From sequence record PV683292.1: DNA of 64,000 nt. One strand, given 5' to 3'. Source of the DNA: Klebsiella phage HMGUkp2. Shown here one piece after another: positions 34,409 through 44,132 of this stretch (within the stretch, counting starts at the first letter, position 1; each line of letters starts with the position of its first letter). The notes below the pieces were generated by a model that worked only from the letters and a program-made list of their open reading frames with translations, was not told the origin of the DNA and ran no database searches. The position numbers were made by a program, and so were the translations under genes.

Positions 34409-36556
34409 ATGAAACTCGTAACTGATGATGAAATTGTAATGGGTTCTGGCGGTAAATCAACCGATTTCACGATTAAAGCCTCAGCCAAAGCGTTCCGTGT
34501 TCTGTCTTCTAACCTGTACAAAAACAAAATTCGTGCAATCGTTCGTGAACTCTCTACTAACTGTATCGATGCTCATTTCCTGAATGGTTGTACTCGCCCG
34601 TTCGAAATTAAGGTTCCTTCTCGTCTTGACCCACGATTTGTTATTCGTGACTTTGGCCCTGGCCTTGATGAAGACGGTATGATTAACCTGTACACTACTT
34701 TCTTCGAATCTACCAAGAACAACAGCAACGACTTTATCGGTGCTCTGGGTCTTGGCTCTAAATCTCCATTAAGCTATACCAACACGTTCACAGTAGTATC
34801 TAACCATGGTGGTCGATCTCGTGGTTATACAGTAATGATGGACGGCGGGCTGCCTAAAATTCGTCCTACCTTTGATGAAGAAATGGCCGAAGGTGAAACT
34901 ACTGGCTTAGAAATCACTGTACCAGTCAAAACCGATGACATCGGCTCATGGCAGCATGAAATCAAATATGTTCTTCGCCCTATGGGTAAAGATTCTGTAG
35001 TTCTGAAAGGAACCCAGATGGAAGTTGATTTCTTCCCAGACCAAGATGTATTCACATCAGATCAGTACAACGGCTACGAAAATAACGGTATCTATGCAAT
35101 CTATGGTAAGATTGTATATCCCTTGAACGACGTCCCTGGTGTTAAAGATTCATGGCTTCGTGCCCGGTATTCACGGGTGTATATTAAGTTCCCTCTGGGT
35201 GAGCTAGATATCACTCCTTCTCGTGAAGAGTTATCTCTTGACCCGGACACCGTGGCAAATATCCAGGCCCGTGTCTCTAAGATTAACCAAGAGTATCTTG
35301 AACGAGATATCCAAGAACTAGACGAAATCACTAACGAGCGTGAACTGGTTCGTAGGTATAATGAGTTTAGCCGTGCTGAGCGTAACATCATTGCTAGCTC
35401 AGGTGTTAAAACTAATCTAGGGTCTATTGCAACTATCCTGACCAAGTATGATGTTACTAAGCTTCGTGATATGGCGATGAACTCAGGTGCTGTAGCATAC
35501 GACGGCGACGTTGTTAAATTATATCGTTTCAAAAACAGTTATGGCGGGCGTTCTAAGATTTATGTAGATTCAATCTTAGGCATAGATAAGAAGAAATTGA
35601 CTGTTCTTATTGACGATAAGTCTTCTAAACGTGTAGCAACTATCAGGGCTCTTAAACACGCTGGTAAACTTGCCCGACATGATTTTGTTTTGGTCATCAA
35701 CCCAGAATCAGAATCACAGCAGGCTTTCTTAAAGAAAGCTATTGAAGTGATGGCTGAAGATGAAGTCGTTACATACAAAGTATCTGAATGTGAAGAACTG
35801 CGCGCTAAGCTGCCTAAAGTAGAAAGCGATGGGCCTGCAGAGAAACGCCCGGCTTCACCGAACGGGGCCCGGTACACGTATTCTGAGAAAAACGGTTGGA
35901 CGATTGAAAACCTTAAGTTAACCTCTAGTGAACTCTCTGAACTCGAAGGTTTTGTGTTGCTTCGTAATCGTGATGATTTCATGACCTTCCCGGCCAAATC
36001 AGCCATTAGCTGCTTTAACGATACAGATGCTCGTATCTTGGCCCAAGAATGTGGTATCACAGAGTTCTTGGTTATGCGTCCATCCGGGTGTCGTAAAGCG
36101 TTATTTGAAAACGAAAATCTTATTGATATGATGGCTTATATCATCGATCGGTATATTGATGCTATAGATGCCGTGGATTACGATTGCTATCTCCCAAGAA
36201 ATTTCCGTAGCAATCGTGTGATTAATCACATTATTAATAAGAAGAAACTTGGGTTCCTTCTGACTCACTTTGTAGAAGGCAATGCTAATTCTGATTCATT
36301 GAATCGCCTGGTTAATATGAATCAGCGGTTGAGCAACGTCACAGTGAAAGATAATACTGATTTAGCTTTATGTAATCAGATTTATAATAGACTGGAAGAA
36401 ACATCTACGAACGTTTTCGCTGCTAAATTGAAAGAGTTCCATGAAAAATATCCAGTTATTGATACCATTCTGAATGAATGGCACCTGGAACAGGCCCAAA
36501 TCGACGATATCGTTAAAATCATGGCTGCTCTTGAAGCAGCCGAACAATCCAAATAA
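34409..36556 (+). CDS. rIIA: rIIA membrane-associated protein (GHKL-like ATPase domain), 715 aa
   Basis: Size as T4 rIIA (725 aa). N-terminal Bergerat-fold motifs (ELSTNCIDA, DFGPGL, GALGLGSKS). Lies immediately upstream of rIIB. Confidence 0.8.
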   Translation: MKLVTDDEIVMGSGGKSTDFTIKASAKAFRVLSSNLYKNKIRAIVRELSTNCIDAHFLNGCTRPFEIKVPSRLDPRFVIRDFGPGLDEDGMINLYTTFFESTKNNSNDFIGALGLGSKSPLSYTNTFTVVSNHGGRSRGYTVMMDGGLPKIRPTFDEEMAEGETTGLEITVPVKTDDIGSWQHEIKYVLRPMGKDSVVLKGTQMEVDFFPDQDVFTSDQYNGYENNGIYAIYGKIVYPLNDVPGVKDSWLRARYSRVYIKFPLGELDITPSREELSLDPDTVANIQARVSKINQEYLERDIQELDEITNERELVRRYNEFSRAERNIIASSGVKTNLGSIATILTKYDVTKLRDMAMNSGAVAYDGDVVKLYRFKNSYGGRSKIYVDSILGIDKKKLTVLIDDKSSKRVATIRALKHAGKLARHDFVLVINPESESQQAFLKKAIEVMAEDEVVTYKVSECEELRAKLPKVESDGPAEKRPASPNGARYTYSEKNGWTIENLKLTSSELSELEGFVLLRNRDDFMTFPAKSAISCFNDTDARILAQECGITEFLVMRPSGCRKALFENENLIDMMAYIIDRYIDAIDAVDYDCYLPRNFRSNRVINHIINKKKLGFLLTHFVEGNANSDSLNRLVNMNQRLSNVTVKDNTDLALCNQIYNRLEETSTNVFAAKLKEFHEKYPVIDTILNEWHLEQAQIDDIVKIMAALEAAEQSK

Positions 36557-36568
36557 TAGAGGTGAATA

Positions 36569-37456
36569 ATGGCTGTACTATGTCTGTCCGAGAATGAAAA
36601 AGATGCAATCGTAAAAGGTTTTAACGGTGGTCTTTACAGTAAAAAAGAACTAGCTGAAATTTATGGTGTTTCAACTGATACGATCCGCCGTGTTTTTAAA
36701 GAGCGCGAACCTGCCACTAAAGCTCCGGTTAAACGCGAATTCCAGTGGGCCGCTTCAAGCAAGTTCATTTCTATCACTGAAGGACGTACCACTTATAACG
36801 CAGACCCAAGTCATCCAGGGTTTAAATCAGCCCTGATGAAACTGGCCGAAGGCAAAATCGAAGAAGCCATCGACCACATCAACATCGAGCGTGGTATTGC
36901 TAAATTTGTTAAAGGCAACGTCCGTATCGAAGACGGTGCTCTGTATTACAAGGACATCGAACTGAAATCCGGCTTGACCGAACGTATTATCTCAGCAATG
37001 GAAAATGGTGAAGACTTCGAACGTTATCTGCCGTTCCTGGAAAATCTGATGCTGAACCCGAGCCGTAAAGCTGTTTATCGTCTGTTTGACTTCCTGAATG
37101 CAAACGACATCGAAATTACTGACGATGGTTACTTTATCGGTTGGAAGGTAGTTCGTTCTAACTACTTTGACTGTGCATCTGGTAAGTTTGATAACAGTCC
37201 TGGTAAAGAAGTTACCATGCCTCGTAACCAGGTTGACGAAGACGACGAACGCACCTGCTCTACTGGTCTGCATGTTTGCTCCAAATCTTATATCAGACAC
37301 TTTGGTAGTGGTTCTGACCGTATCGTTTCGGTTAAAGTACATCCTCGTGATGTAGTAAGTATTCCTGTCGATTACAACGATGCTAAAATGCGTACCTGTG
37401 GGTATAAAGTCCTTGAAGACGTAACTGCTCGTTGGAACGACGAACTGCGCGGTTAA
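36569..37456 (+). CDS. rIIB: rIIB protein, 295 aa
   Basis: Position after rIIA. Size near T4 rIIB (312 aa). Confidence 0.7.
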   Translation: MAVLCLSENEKDAIVKGFNGGLYSKKELAEIYGVSTDTIRRVFKEREPATKAPVKREFQWAASSKFISITEGRTTYNADPSHPGFKSALMKLAEGKIEEAIDHINIERGIAKFVKGNVRIEDGALYYKDIELKSGLTERIISAMENGEDFERYLPFLENLMLNPSRKAVYRLFDFLNANDIEITDDGYFIGWKVVRSNYFDCASGKFDNSPGKEVTMPRNQVDEDDERTCSTGLHVCSKSYIRHFGSGSDRIVSVKVHPRDVVSIPVDYNDAKMRTCGYKVLEDVTARWNDELRG

Positions 37457-37494
37457 TTAAATGGGGCCTTGTCCCCTTTCTTATAAGGTGACTT

Positions 37495-37686
37495 ATGACT
37501 GACTTCCAATCTCGTGTTATCGATGAATTATCCGAACTGAATCTGAAAATTAATTCTCTGACTGCATTCACTATCAGCAGCGAATTCAAAACGCTTGACC
37601 CTGTAGACCAAAATTTGCTTCTTAGACAGCTTGATACAATGTCCGCATACCGACACATCCTAGAAAAACGCATTCAGAGGTTCTAA
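37495..37686 (+). CDS. hypothetical protein (63 aa)
   Basis: SD aaggtga lies upstream. Confidence 0.3.
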   Translation: MTDFQSRVIDELSELNLKINSLTAFTISSEFKTLDPVDQNLLLRQLDTMSAYRHILEKRIQRF

Positions 37687-37970
37687 TGATTAATCCATTC
37701 AATGCCGGCGATCGTAAAATCACCATCTCAAATCTTCGTGGAAACCATAAAGCCGCTACGGTTTATTGCGGCAAGCTTGTTAAACACGAAGGCGATGCCC
37801 ATTACGGCTGGCTTGAATGTGATGAAGTCGTCGAGAACGAGTTTCCATTAGTCGATTCCAGTACTCTGGAATGGGACGACCGAATTTATTATGGTGAACT
37901 ACGTATCAGAGGTTTATATGGTATCGATGAGCTTGACTTGGAAACAACTGCTGAATCTGAAGCCGGCTGA
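37686..37970 (+). CDS. hypothetical protein (94 aa)
   Basis: ATGA overlap with the upstream gene. Confidence 0.3.
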   Translation: MINPFNAGDRKITISNLRGNHKAATVYCGKLVKHEGDAHYGWLECDEVVENEFPLVDSSTLEWDDRIYYGELRIRGLYGIDELDLETTAESEAG

Positions 37971-38520
37971 TTTAACGGTTGAAGACCTTAGTAGAGAAAA
38001 TAAAATTAAGGCCATTAGTACTGCTCGCCACTCAATGGCCTTAGATGCTTCGCAAGAACAACGTTCTACTTTAAAGCGCTGTGTTATAGCAACATTAGCA
38101 GAACAGATGGTTGCAGAATGCACGTTTGGACGTGTGATGGATTCTGAGTTTGACAAAACCAATCCATTCAGCTATGCCTTCGATGTTATCTCTGAAGAAG
38201 GTGTGCGCATCGAGGTCAAGACCCACCAGTCTGATTCTCGATGGATTAACGTCCATACTAAAGGAAGATATCCTTATCCACACGGCTCAGGAATCGACCT
38301 AGATACGTTCCTGACGTATCGATTATCTGACTTAATAATCATATTAGATGTAGAAGAAGTGTCCCCAGGCGTCTACAGGTTTACTCCTCGTATGATGGGT
38401 GACCAAACTGCCTTCTTGCCTGGCTCTGGCCTGGTTCAAGAAAGTAAGTACGAAAATGGTGGTTGGTACTTACGTTCTTGTTCTGAAGAAGAATACCAGT
38501 TTAAAAGGTTTACATACTAA
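37927..38520 (+). CDS. hypothetical protein (about 197 aa). Positional candidate for denB (endonuclease IV).
   Basis: Lies between rIIB and ndd, as denB does in T4 (185 aa). No catalytic motif was verified. The start is uncertain (37891 or 37927). Confidence 0.3.
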   Translation: MSLTWKQLLNLKPADLTVEDLSRENKIKAISTARHSMALDASQEQRSTLKRCVIATLAEQMVAECTFGRVMDSEFDKTNPFSYAFDVISEEGVRIEVKTHQSDSRWINVHTKGRYPYPHGSGIDLDTFLTYRLSDLIIILDVEEVSPGVYRFTPRMMGDQTAFLPGSGLVQESKYENGGWYLRSCSEEEYQFKRFTY

Positions 38521-38551
38521 GTAGACCATGTTATAGTACTCCTACACCAAC
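38508..38551 (+). promoter_or_regulatory. PeSL-like early promoter (GTTTACA-N17-TATAGT) with CTCCTACACCAAC leader
   Basis: The -35 lies inside the 3-prime end of the upstream CDS. A conserved leader box is present. Confidence 0.5.
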
Positions 38552-38566
38552 AGTGAGGAGCACTAA

Positions 38567-38767
38567 ATGAAATCTTTAATCCAACGTTTCGGAAAAGCAA
38601 AATATGGCTGCGCTGCTGAACGCGAATATGTTTACTATCAACTTCTTGATGTAGAAGCTCAGCTCAATTCTGCAGCTGTTTCTGGAATAGCTCCGATGTG
38701 TGGAGTTGAAGCTCTGCGTGAAGTTCGTGATGGTTACCGCCGCCAAATTGAGGAAATGTCTAAATGA
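38567..38767 (+). CDS. hypothetical protein (66 aa)
   Basis: SD gaggag lies upstream. Confidence 0.4.
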   Translation: MKSLIQRFGKAKYGCAAEREYVYYQLLDVEAQLNSAAVSGIAPMCGVEALREVRDGYRRQIEEMSK

Positions 38768-39003
38768 AACGGTTTGGATTGTTCAATATTGTAAGAAACG
38801 AGTGGGTAACTACTTGGTGCACCGGAACTTTCGAAGGTTGGGTAGAACATTATCTCGACTACGATGATGACCAAATCTTCATGATGTCTACTGAACAGGA
38901 TGCCTTGCGAGTTCTGTCAGGTCGTTCTGGCTATCTCACTTATGCTGAGATGGACTTAGAGATTTCGCGTGGTGAAATCATCGTGAAAGAAATTAATCTC
39001 TAA
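38764..39003 (+). CDS. hypothetical protein (79 aa)
   Basis: ATGA overlap with the upstream gene. Confidence 0.35.
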   Translation: MKRFGLFNIVRNEWVTTWCTGTFEGWVEHYLDYDDDQIFMMSTEQDALRVLSGRSGYLTYAEMDLEISRGEIIVKEINL

Positions 39004-39005
39004 GT

Positions 39006-39047
39006 GTTTACAACGTCTGTAGGTCATGATACTATGTTCCTACAGAC
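39006..39047 (+). promoter_or_regulatory. PeSL-like early promoter cassette (GTTTACA-N17-TACTAT, dyad gtctgtagg/cctacagac)
   Basis: 9-bp perfect inverted repeat flanking the -10. Confidence 0.55.
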
Positions 39048-39062
39048 AAAATGGAGGAAATC

Positions 39063-39170
39063 ATGCTTAAGAACATTTTCAACTTTATCGTTTTAGCTAT
39101 CGTACTGATGATAATGCCTATAGTGTTCTTTATTGACGTGATTATCATAAATTTAAGGCATCTGTTCTGA
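39063..39170 (+). CDS. small hydrophobic membrane peptide (35 aa)
   Basis: SD ggagg lies upstream. MLKNIFNFIVLAIVLMIMPIVFF is a transmembrane helix. Confidence 0.4.
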   Translation: MLKNIFNFIVLAIVLMIMPIVFFIDVIIINLRHLF

Positions 39171-39180
39171 GGAAATTAAT

Positions 39181-39288
39181 ATGAATGTAGTATTAGGCTG
39201 GATTCATGCAGCAGCTTTTATTATTGGATGCAACGTTCCGTATTGGCTCGGTTGGTCTGATACTATGTTATGGTTCTTTAAGCCGTAA
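39181..39288 (+). CDS. small hydrophobic membrane peptide (35 aa)
   Basis: SD gagg lies upstream. Hydrophobic. Confidence 0.35.
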   Translation: MNVVLGWIHAAAFIIGCNVPYWLGWSDTMLWFFKP

Positions 39289-39346
39289 CATCCGGGAGCT
39301 TAGCTCCCGTAGAGGATAAAACTTAAACTTTATTGAGGAAAATATT

Positions 39347-39805
39347 ATGACTACTGATACCCGCAACTACATGACTCGTGGCGATCTGACTAAAGCTGGT
39401 GCTGTAACTGTGGCCCACGTTAAAAACGGCCATACTGTCGGCTTTGTTATGCCTGAAGTTCTAGCTCAGCCAGGTTTCTACTTTATGGTTAAAGGTGCTG
39501 GTGAAAATCGTGCAGTAGGAGCCCGGTTCTTTGTAGGTAATCAGCGTTCGGCTCAAGGTTTTAATGCTACGTTGTCTCACATTCGTCAGGGTCGTAGTCA
39601 GCTGGCTCGTACTATGGCTAGCAATAATGTTGTTTACGAAGTTTTGTATCTGCCGCAGTCTAAAATGAAACCTCTGACTACCGGCTTCAAGAAAGGTCAA
39701 CTGGCCCTGGCATTCACTCGTCAGCACAGTTCTGAAATGCAGACCCTGTCTGAGCTGAATCGTATTCTGAATGACAACTTCAAATTCGTTCTTCAGAGCT
39801 ACTAA
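39347..39805 (+). CDS. ndd: nucleoid disruption protein Ndd, 152 aa
   Basis: [37 protein letters not shown]...[20 protein letters not shown]...[12 protein letters not shown] is near-identical to T4 Ndd (151 aa). Confidence 0.9.
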   Translation: MTTDTRNYMTRGDLTKAGAVTVAHVKNGHTVGFVMPEVLAQPGFYFMVKGAGENRAVGARFFVGNQRSAQGFNATLSHIRQGRSQLARTMASNNVVYEVLYLPQSKMKPLTTGFKKGQLALAFTRQHSSEMQTLSELNRILNDNFKFVLQSY

Positions 39806-39990
39806 TGAGTAGTTTTATGAAAATGTTCTTTGCTATGGGCTACTTGGTAGTCCTAGCATTGATGATTTGTGCCGGGACTTATGTTGCCTTAGGTCTTCCT
39901 GTTACAAGCAAACTTATATCGCTGATGTTGTTCTCTGTAGGCTTTATTTGTTTCGAAAGAATTTCTAAAATGTGTGGGGTATACAAGTGA
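39805..39990 (+). CDS. small membrane protein (61 aa), ndd.x-like
   Basis: Two hydrophobic helices. Overlaps the ndd stop. Confidence 0.4.
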   Translation: MSSFMKMFFAMGYLVVLALMICAGTYVALGLPVTSKLISLMLFSVGFICFERISKMCGVYK

Positions 39991-40154
39991 ATCGGATATA
40001 CACTTTCTTCTGGATGATTATTTGTATCGTTCTGTGTACTATGTTCTTTGCTGGAGCATGGGTCCCCACATCAGCTCAAGTTGGGTTCATGATCTGCTGG
40101 TTCGTTTTAGCAGCAGTAATTGATTTTTTAAAGGCCTGTGCTAGCAATGATTAA
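39972..40154 (+). CDS. small membrane protein (60 aa)
   Basis: Hydrophobic. Overlaps its neighbours. Confidence 0.35.
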   Translation: MWGIQVNRIYTFFWMIICIVLCTMFFAGAWVPTSAQVGFMICWFVLAAVIDFLKACASND

Positions 40155-40287
40155 CAAAATTTTCGTAGCCATCCTTGTGATGGCTATTCTTGCTTTAGTA
40201 ATGTACTATGGTATGATATACGGCGTAGTTTATATTGTGCTTTTCATTTCTGATGTTATAGTGCATCTCGGCTCATTTATTTGGTAG
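40147..40287 (+). CDS. small membrane protein (46 aa)
   Basis: MINKIFVAILVMAILALVMYYGMIYGVVYIVLF is hydrophobic. ATG overlaps the upstream stop. Confidence 0.3.
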   Translation: MINKIFVAILVMAILALVMYYGMIYGVVYIVLFISDVIVHLGSFIW

Positions 40288-41657
40288 GTACTATGTCTGA
40301 TATTTTTGATATGATGTCAAAACAAGCTAACGATACTTTTAATGTACGTAGCTTGGAAAGTATAATTAATAATGAAGCTCTCGCGTATGCAATGTATACT
40401 GTAGAGAACCGTGCGATTCCAAATATGATTGATGGCTTTAAGCCTGTTCAACGCTTTGTTATTGCTCGTACTTTGATGCTTGGCAAGAGTGATAAAAATA
40501 AATTCCATAAGCTCGCATCTATTGCAGGCGGTGTAGCTGACCTTGGGTACCATCACGGTGAAGGTTCTGCACAAGAAACCGGTGCATTGATGGCTAACGA
40601 TTGGAATAACAACGTCCCGTTCTTAGATGGCCAAGGTAACTTTGGTTCTCGGTTGGTTCAAGAAGCTGGTGCGTCTCGTTATATCTTTGCACGTATTTCA
40701 GAAAATTTCTACAAACTGTACAAGGATACAGAGTATGCCCCAGCCCACAAAGATGATGAGCATGCCCCGGTTGCTTATTATCTGCCTATTATTCCTACTG
40801 TTCTTCTTAATGGTATTTCCGGTATTGCGACTGGTTATGCTACTGATATTCTGCCTCATAGCATTTCTTCTGTTAAGAAAAGTGTTATCCAAGCTCTCGA
40901 AGGTAAGAAGATCTCTGAGCCGAAGGTAAGCTTTCCACAGTTTAAAGGAAAGATAATTCCTGTTGACGGCGCATTTGAACTTCACGGAATATACGAAATG
41001 AAATCTCGTACAATGATGTACATCTCTGAGATTCCGTATAAGTATGATCGTGCATCTTATGTTAAAATCCTCGATGCTTTAGAAGATAAAGGGTTCATTA
41101 CATACGATGATGACTGTGGCAAGCACGGTTTTGGATTCAAAGTTAAATTCCGTAAGGAATACAACTTAGGTGAAACCGAAGAAGAACGTCATGAAAAAAT
41201 CATGAAGGACTTCAAACTAATCGAACGCCGTTCTCAGAACATCACAGTTATAAATCATCTCGGCAAGTTGAAAGAATACAAATGCGCCGCCGATTTGATT
41301 CGTGATTTTGTAGAAGTTCGTAAGGTTTTTGTCCAGAAACGTATTGACTGTAAAATCCGCGAAACCGAAGAAGCTTTCAAATTGGCCTTAGCTAAAGCCA
41401 AGTTCATTAAGAAGGTTATTGACGGTGATATCACTATTTCCGGCAAGACTAGAGCCAAACTGGTCGAAGAAGTTAAAGAATTCGACGAACTAGCAGATTA
41501 TGCTGAAAAACTTGTAAGTATGAACATCTACCATATTACTAGCGATGAAGCCAAGAAACTAGCTGAAGAAGCTCGTACTAAGCGCGATGAGCACGAATAC
41601 TGGAAACAGACCGATGTTCAAACTGAATATCTTAAAGACCTCGAGGAAATCAAATGA
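40281..41657 (+). CDS. 52: DNA topoisomerase II medium subunit gp52 (GyrA-like N-terminal domain), 458 aa
   Basis: NEALAYAMYTVENRAIPNMIDGFKPVQRFVIAR and the remainder are collinear with T4 gp52 (442 aa). The start may be at 40293. Confidence 0.9.
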   Translation: MVGTMSDIFDMMSKQANDTFNVRSLESIINNEALAYAMYTVENRAIPNMIDGFKPVQRFVIARTLMLGKSDKNKFHKLASIAGGVADLGYHHGEGSAQETGALMANDWNNNVPFLDGQGNFGSRLVQEAGASRYIFARISENFYKLYKDTEYAPAHKDDEHAPVAYYLPIIPTVLLNGISGIATGYATDILPHSISSVKKSVIQALEGKKISEPKVSFPQFKGKIIPVDGAFELHGIYEMKSRTMMYISEIPYKYDRASYVKILDALEDKGFITYDDDCGKHGFGFKVKFRKEYNLGETEEERHEKIMKDFKLIERRSQNITVINHLGKLKEYKCAADLIRDFVEVRKVFVQKRIDCKIRETEEAFKLALAKAKFIKKVIDGDITISGKTRAKLVEEVKEFDELADYAEKLVSMNIYHITSDEAKKLAEEARTKRDEHEYWKQTDVQTEYLKDLEEIK

Positions 41658-41833
41658 AATTTAGCTTAGCTTTTATTATCGGTTTAGTAGCTTTTCTAAT
41701 TAACCTGTCAGGTGGCATGGTTTGGACTACAGCTGCTTTATGGGGAATTGCCTTCTGGATTGGCAGTGCAGTTGTTATCTGGGTTCTAGTTGTCGTTCTG
41801 ATAACTATTGGGGCCGTTTTGGCCTCTAGATGA
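41654..41833 (+). CDS. small membrane protein (59 aa), ac/stp-region
   Basis: Two transmembrane helices. ATGA overlap with the gp52 stop. Confidence 0.4.
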   Translation: MKFSLAFIIGLVAFLINLSGGMVWTTAALWGIAFWIGSAVVIWVLVVVLITIGAVLASR

Positions 41834-41910
41834 TGTCTCTATATGGCCTGTTCGTAGGAACGATCTTTTTCTTATTGATAATCACTCTGATTATTGACTA
41901 CACCTTCTAA
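41830..41910 (+). CDS. hydrophobic 26-aa peptide (stp-like size)
   Basis: MMSLYGLFVGTIFFLLIITLIIDYTF. ATG overlaps the upstream stop. T4 Stp is also 26 aa, but the sequence is unrelated. Confidence 0.25.
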   Translation: MMSLYGLFVGTIFFLLIITLIIDYTF

Positions 41911-42018
41911 GTGGGCGCCTGGGCGTTTTGTTCAGGCACCCTTTATGTTTCATCATCCTTCCTTTAAAAGTCTCCCTAGGCAATTCCTGCCAATTCAAAA
42001 ATTTTTTAAATCCACCAG

Positions 42019-42060
42019 TTTACTTTGCTTTCAAAACAGGGTATAGTACTCCTACACCAA
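42019..42060 (+). promoter_or_regulatory. PeSL-like early promoter (TTTACT-N17-TATAGT) with CTCCTACACCAAC leader
   Basis: Same leader box as at 38538 and 59866. Drives motA. Confidence 0.5.
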
Positions 42061-42085
42061 CAAAATGATGAATTGGAGAAATAAA

Positions 42086-42718
42086 ATGTCTAAAGTTACT
42101 TACATCATCAAAGCTTCTAACGATGTTCTGAACGAAAAAACTGCATCGATTCTGATTCAGGTTGTTAAGAACAACTATATCACTTCTGCAGAAATTCGTG
42201 ACCTTCTATCTGAAACGATGAACGCATCTTCAGTGAACTCTAACATCGGTGTTCTTCTGAAGAAAGGCTTAATCGAAAAATCTGAAGATGGTCTGATTGC
42301 TACCGGCGAAGCAATGGATATCATCCAAGCTGCAGCAGTTCTCCACGCTGAAGAAAATAAGCCAGAGCTTCTCCAGAAACGCAGAACCCGTAGTGCTCGC
42401 GGTGTTACTGAAGAGATGACCAAGCTGGCCGAAGAAGTTAAAACTATTCTCGAGGCTCGTGTTGGTCTCAAAGGTATCATCGAAAACCGTAGCAACTTAG
42501 AAGTTCAGTTGGTTAAGCGTACTAACGGTGTTCGTCAAATCGAAATCCGTCGCGACGGTTCACTTCGGGTCTTTGGTTATAACATGACCGAGTCTGAGAC
42601 TAAAGCATTTACTTCTTTAAGTTCAGATGTTAAGATCAAAGTAGGTGGCAAAAACACTTACATCGATTTCCCAAACATTACTTCTGAAATGGCTTCAGTC
42701 GTCGCTAACGTATTCTGA
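42086..42718 (+). CDS. motA: middle-transcription activator MotA, 210 aa
   Basis: MSKVTYIIKASNDVLNEKTASILIQVV...NSNIGVLLKKGLIEKSEDGLIATGEA is near-identical to the T4 MotA N-terminal domain. Length 210 versus 211 aa in T4. Confidence 0.9.
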   Translation: MSKVTYIIKASNDVLNEKTASILIQVVKNNYITSAEIRDLLSETMNASSVNSNIGVLLKKGLIEKSEDGLIATGEAMDIIQAAAVLHAEENKPELLQKRRTRSARGVTEEMTKLAEEVKTILEARVGLKGIIENRSNLEVQLVKRTNGVRQIEIRRDGSLRVFGYNMTESETKAFTSLSSDVKIKVGGKNTYIDFPNITSEMASVVANVF

Positions 42719-42724
42719 GGAAAT

Positions 42725-42910
42725 ATGAAAAATCTTTATGAAGTAACCTTTTATAAAGGCGACAATGTTTTACCTAACACGTATAATATTCCAGCAGAAT
42801 CCGAACAGAATGCTTTAGTTCGGTTAGGGCAAATATACGGTGATGATAAAACTTATCGCGATGATCTGGAAATCAAAGTAGTTGGTATCCGTTTAGTAAT
42901 GAGAGGTTAA
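42725..42910 (+). CDS. hypothetical protein (61 aa)
   Basis: SD gagg lies upstream. Confidence 0.3.
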   Translation: MKNLYEVTFYKGDNVLPNTYNIPAESEQNALVRLGQIYGDDKTYRDDLEIKVVGIRLVMRG

Positions 42911-42911
42911 T

Positions 42912-43235
42912 ATGAACAAGTTAGAAATCATCAATGAACTCCGTAAGTGCGCTGAGCCAACTCAAGCTGGCTGGGATGTATGGTACCACGGTGCTTACCT
43001 AGGCACTATCGTTAAGGTTAAAGCAGGGCAGTACGCAATTTTACGCGGTGATGATGAAGCCCCGTTAGGCTTCAGAACTAACTTCATGGCTGCCATTTCT
43101 TCTTATGTCGAAGCCGCTGATAAGATTCGTATTGCAGATTACATAGAACTTCAGATGTCTCAACCGGTTATTCGCCAGATCGGTGAAGCCCGTAAGAAAA
43201 GCATCTGGCAGAAGATTAAAGGTTGGTTCAAATGA
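42912..43235 (+). CDS. hypothetical protein (107 aa)
   Basis: SD gagagg lies upstream. Confidence 0.35.
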   Translation: MNKLEIINELRKCAEPTQAGWDVWYHGAYLGTIVKVKAGQYAILRGDDEAPLGFRTNFMAAISSYVEAADKIRIADYIELQMSQPVIRQIGEARKKSIWQKIKGWFK

Positions 43236-43744
43236 TTCCGATGGAACTCGATTGGGACGGTACAGGTTTTGCAATGAAAGTTATTGAAGAACCTAAACAA
43301 CTTTCTTTTGAAGATCGTATGGCATTATTGGATAATGCTTTATCCAAAGAATCTCCAGAAAGCCTGAAGGAAAAATTAGAAAGTTATTCTCCTTCAGTTG
43401 AAATTCCTGAAATCTGCTTTAAAGTAGCTGACTGGTGGGATGGACGATTACTTCAGCGTCGTATCGTTTGTGCAGCAAATCGTTTTGAATTGAAAACTGG
43501 CGGAACAATTGTAGTTCCAGGCACTCGCCACTATTCTGTTGATATGGCGAACGTTTTAGATATGTTTCGCGACAAATTGGTTTCTGATCATGTCCATGGA
43601 GACAATCAAGGATTTGTTGACCAATGGGGTGAGTACTTTACACGCGAAGAAGCATTAATTATCGCGACATATGCAGGTCAAATTAACGCCGTTCGTCCTA
43701 AATCAGGACCCGCCAACGAATTATTCTCAGAGGATTTATACTAA
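43223..43744 (+). CDS. hypothetical protein (173 aa)
   Basis: Overlaps the upstream stop. No motif recognised. Confidence 0.35.
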   Translation: MVQMIPMELDWDGTGFAMKVIEEPKQLSFEDRMALLDNALSKESPESLKEKLESYSPSVEIPEICFKVADWWDGRLLQRRIVCAANRFELKTGGTIVVPGTRHYSVDMANVLDMFRDKLVSDHVHGDNQGFVDQWGEYFTREEALIIATYAGQINAVRPKSGPANELFSEDLY

Positions 43745-44043
43745 TGAAACTTAATATTGTACAGCTTCAAATCGATTCTTTAACTTCACAAATTAACGCT
43801 CTTAAGCGTGCTAACGAAATGATGCATGAGCAATGGCCCTCATTAACAAATGAGGCGGGATGGTCGTGGTTATCAGAAGAAGCTGTAAAGAAACGTACTA
43901 TTGACAATGAGCCTTGGGTGTGGAATGGTACTATTAAACCGTTATTCTCTCAATATTATGTGATGCTTAATCTTGAAATGATTAAAGAACTTGAGCGTCA
44001 AATTGAAAAACTTAAGGAAAGCGATGCAAAATCTAGTAGCTAA
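43744..44043 (+). CDS. hypothetical coiled-coil protein (99 aa)
   Basis: ATGA overlap with the upstream gene. Confidence 0.3.
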   Translation: MKLNIVQLQIDSLTSQINALKRANEMMHEQWPSLTNEAGWSWLSEEAVKKRTIDNEPWVWNGTIKPLFSQYYVMLNLEMIKELERQIEKLKESDAKSSS

Positions 44044-44132
44044 AAATGATTTTAATAAGGGCGGCGCCCATAAAGATAAAAAGCGCGCTGCTAAAGATTC
44101 CAAACGTAAACAAAAGCATAAAGGTAAAGATA

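Noticed and set aside
35101-36060. Two minus-strand ORFs (143 and 166 aa) inside rIIA
   Set aside because: Antisense shadow ORFs with a Ser/Arg-rich translation and no ribosome-binding sites.
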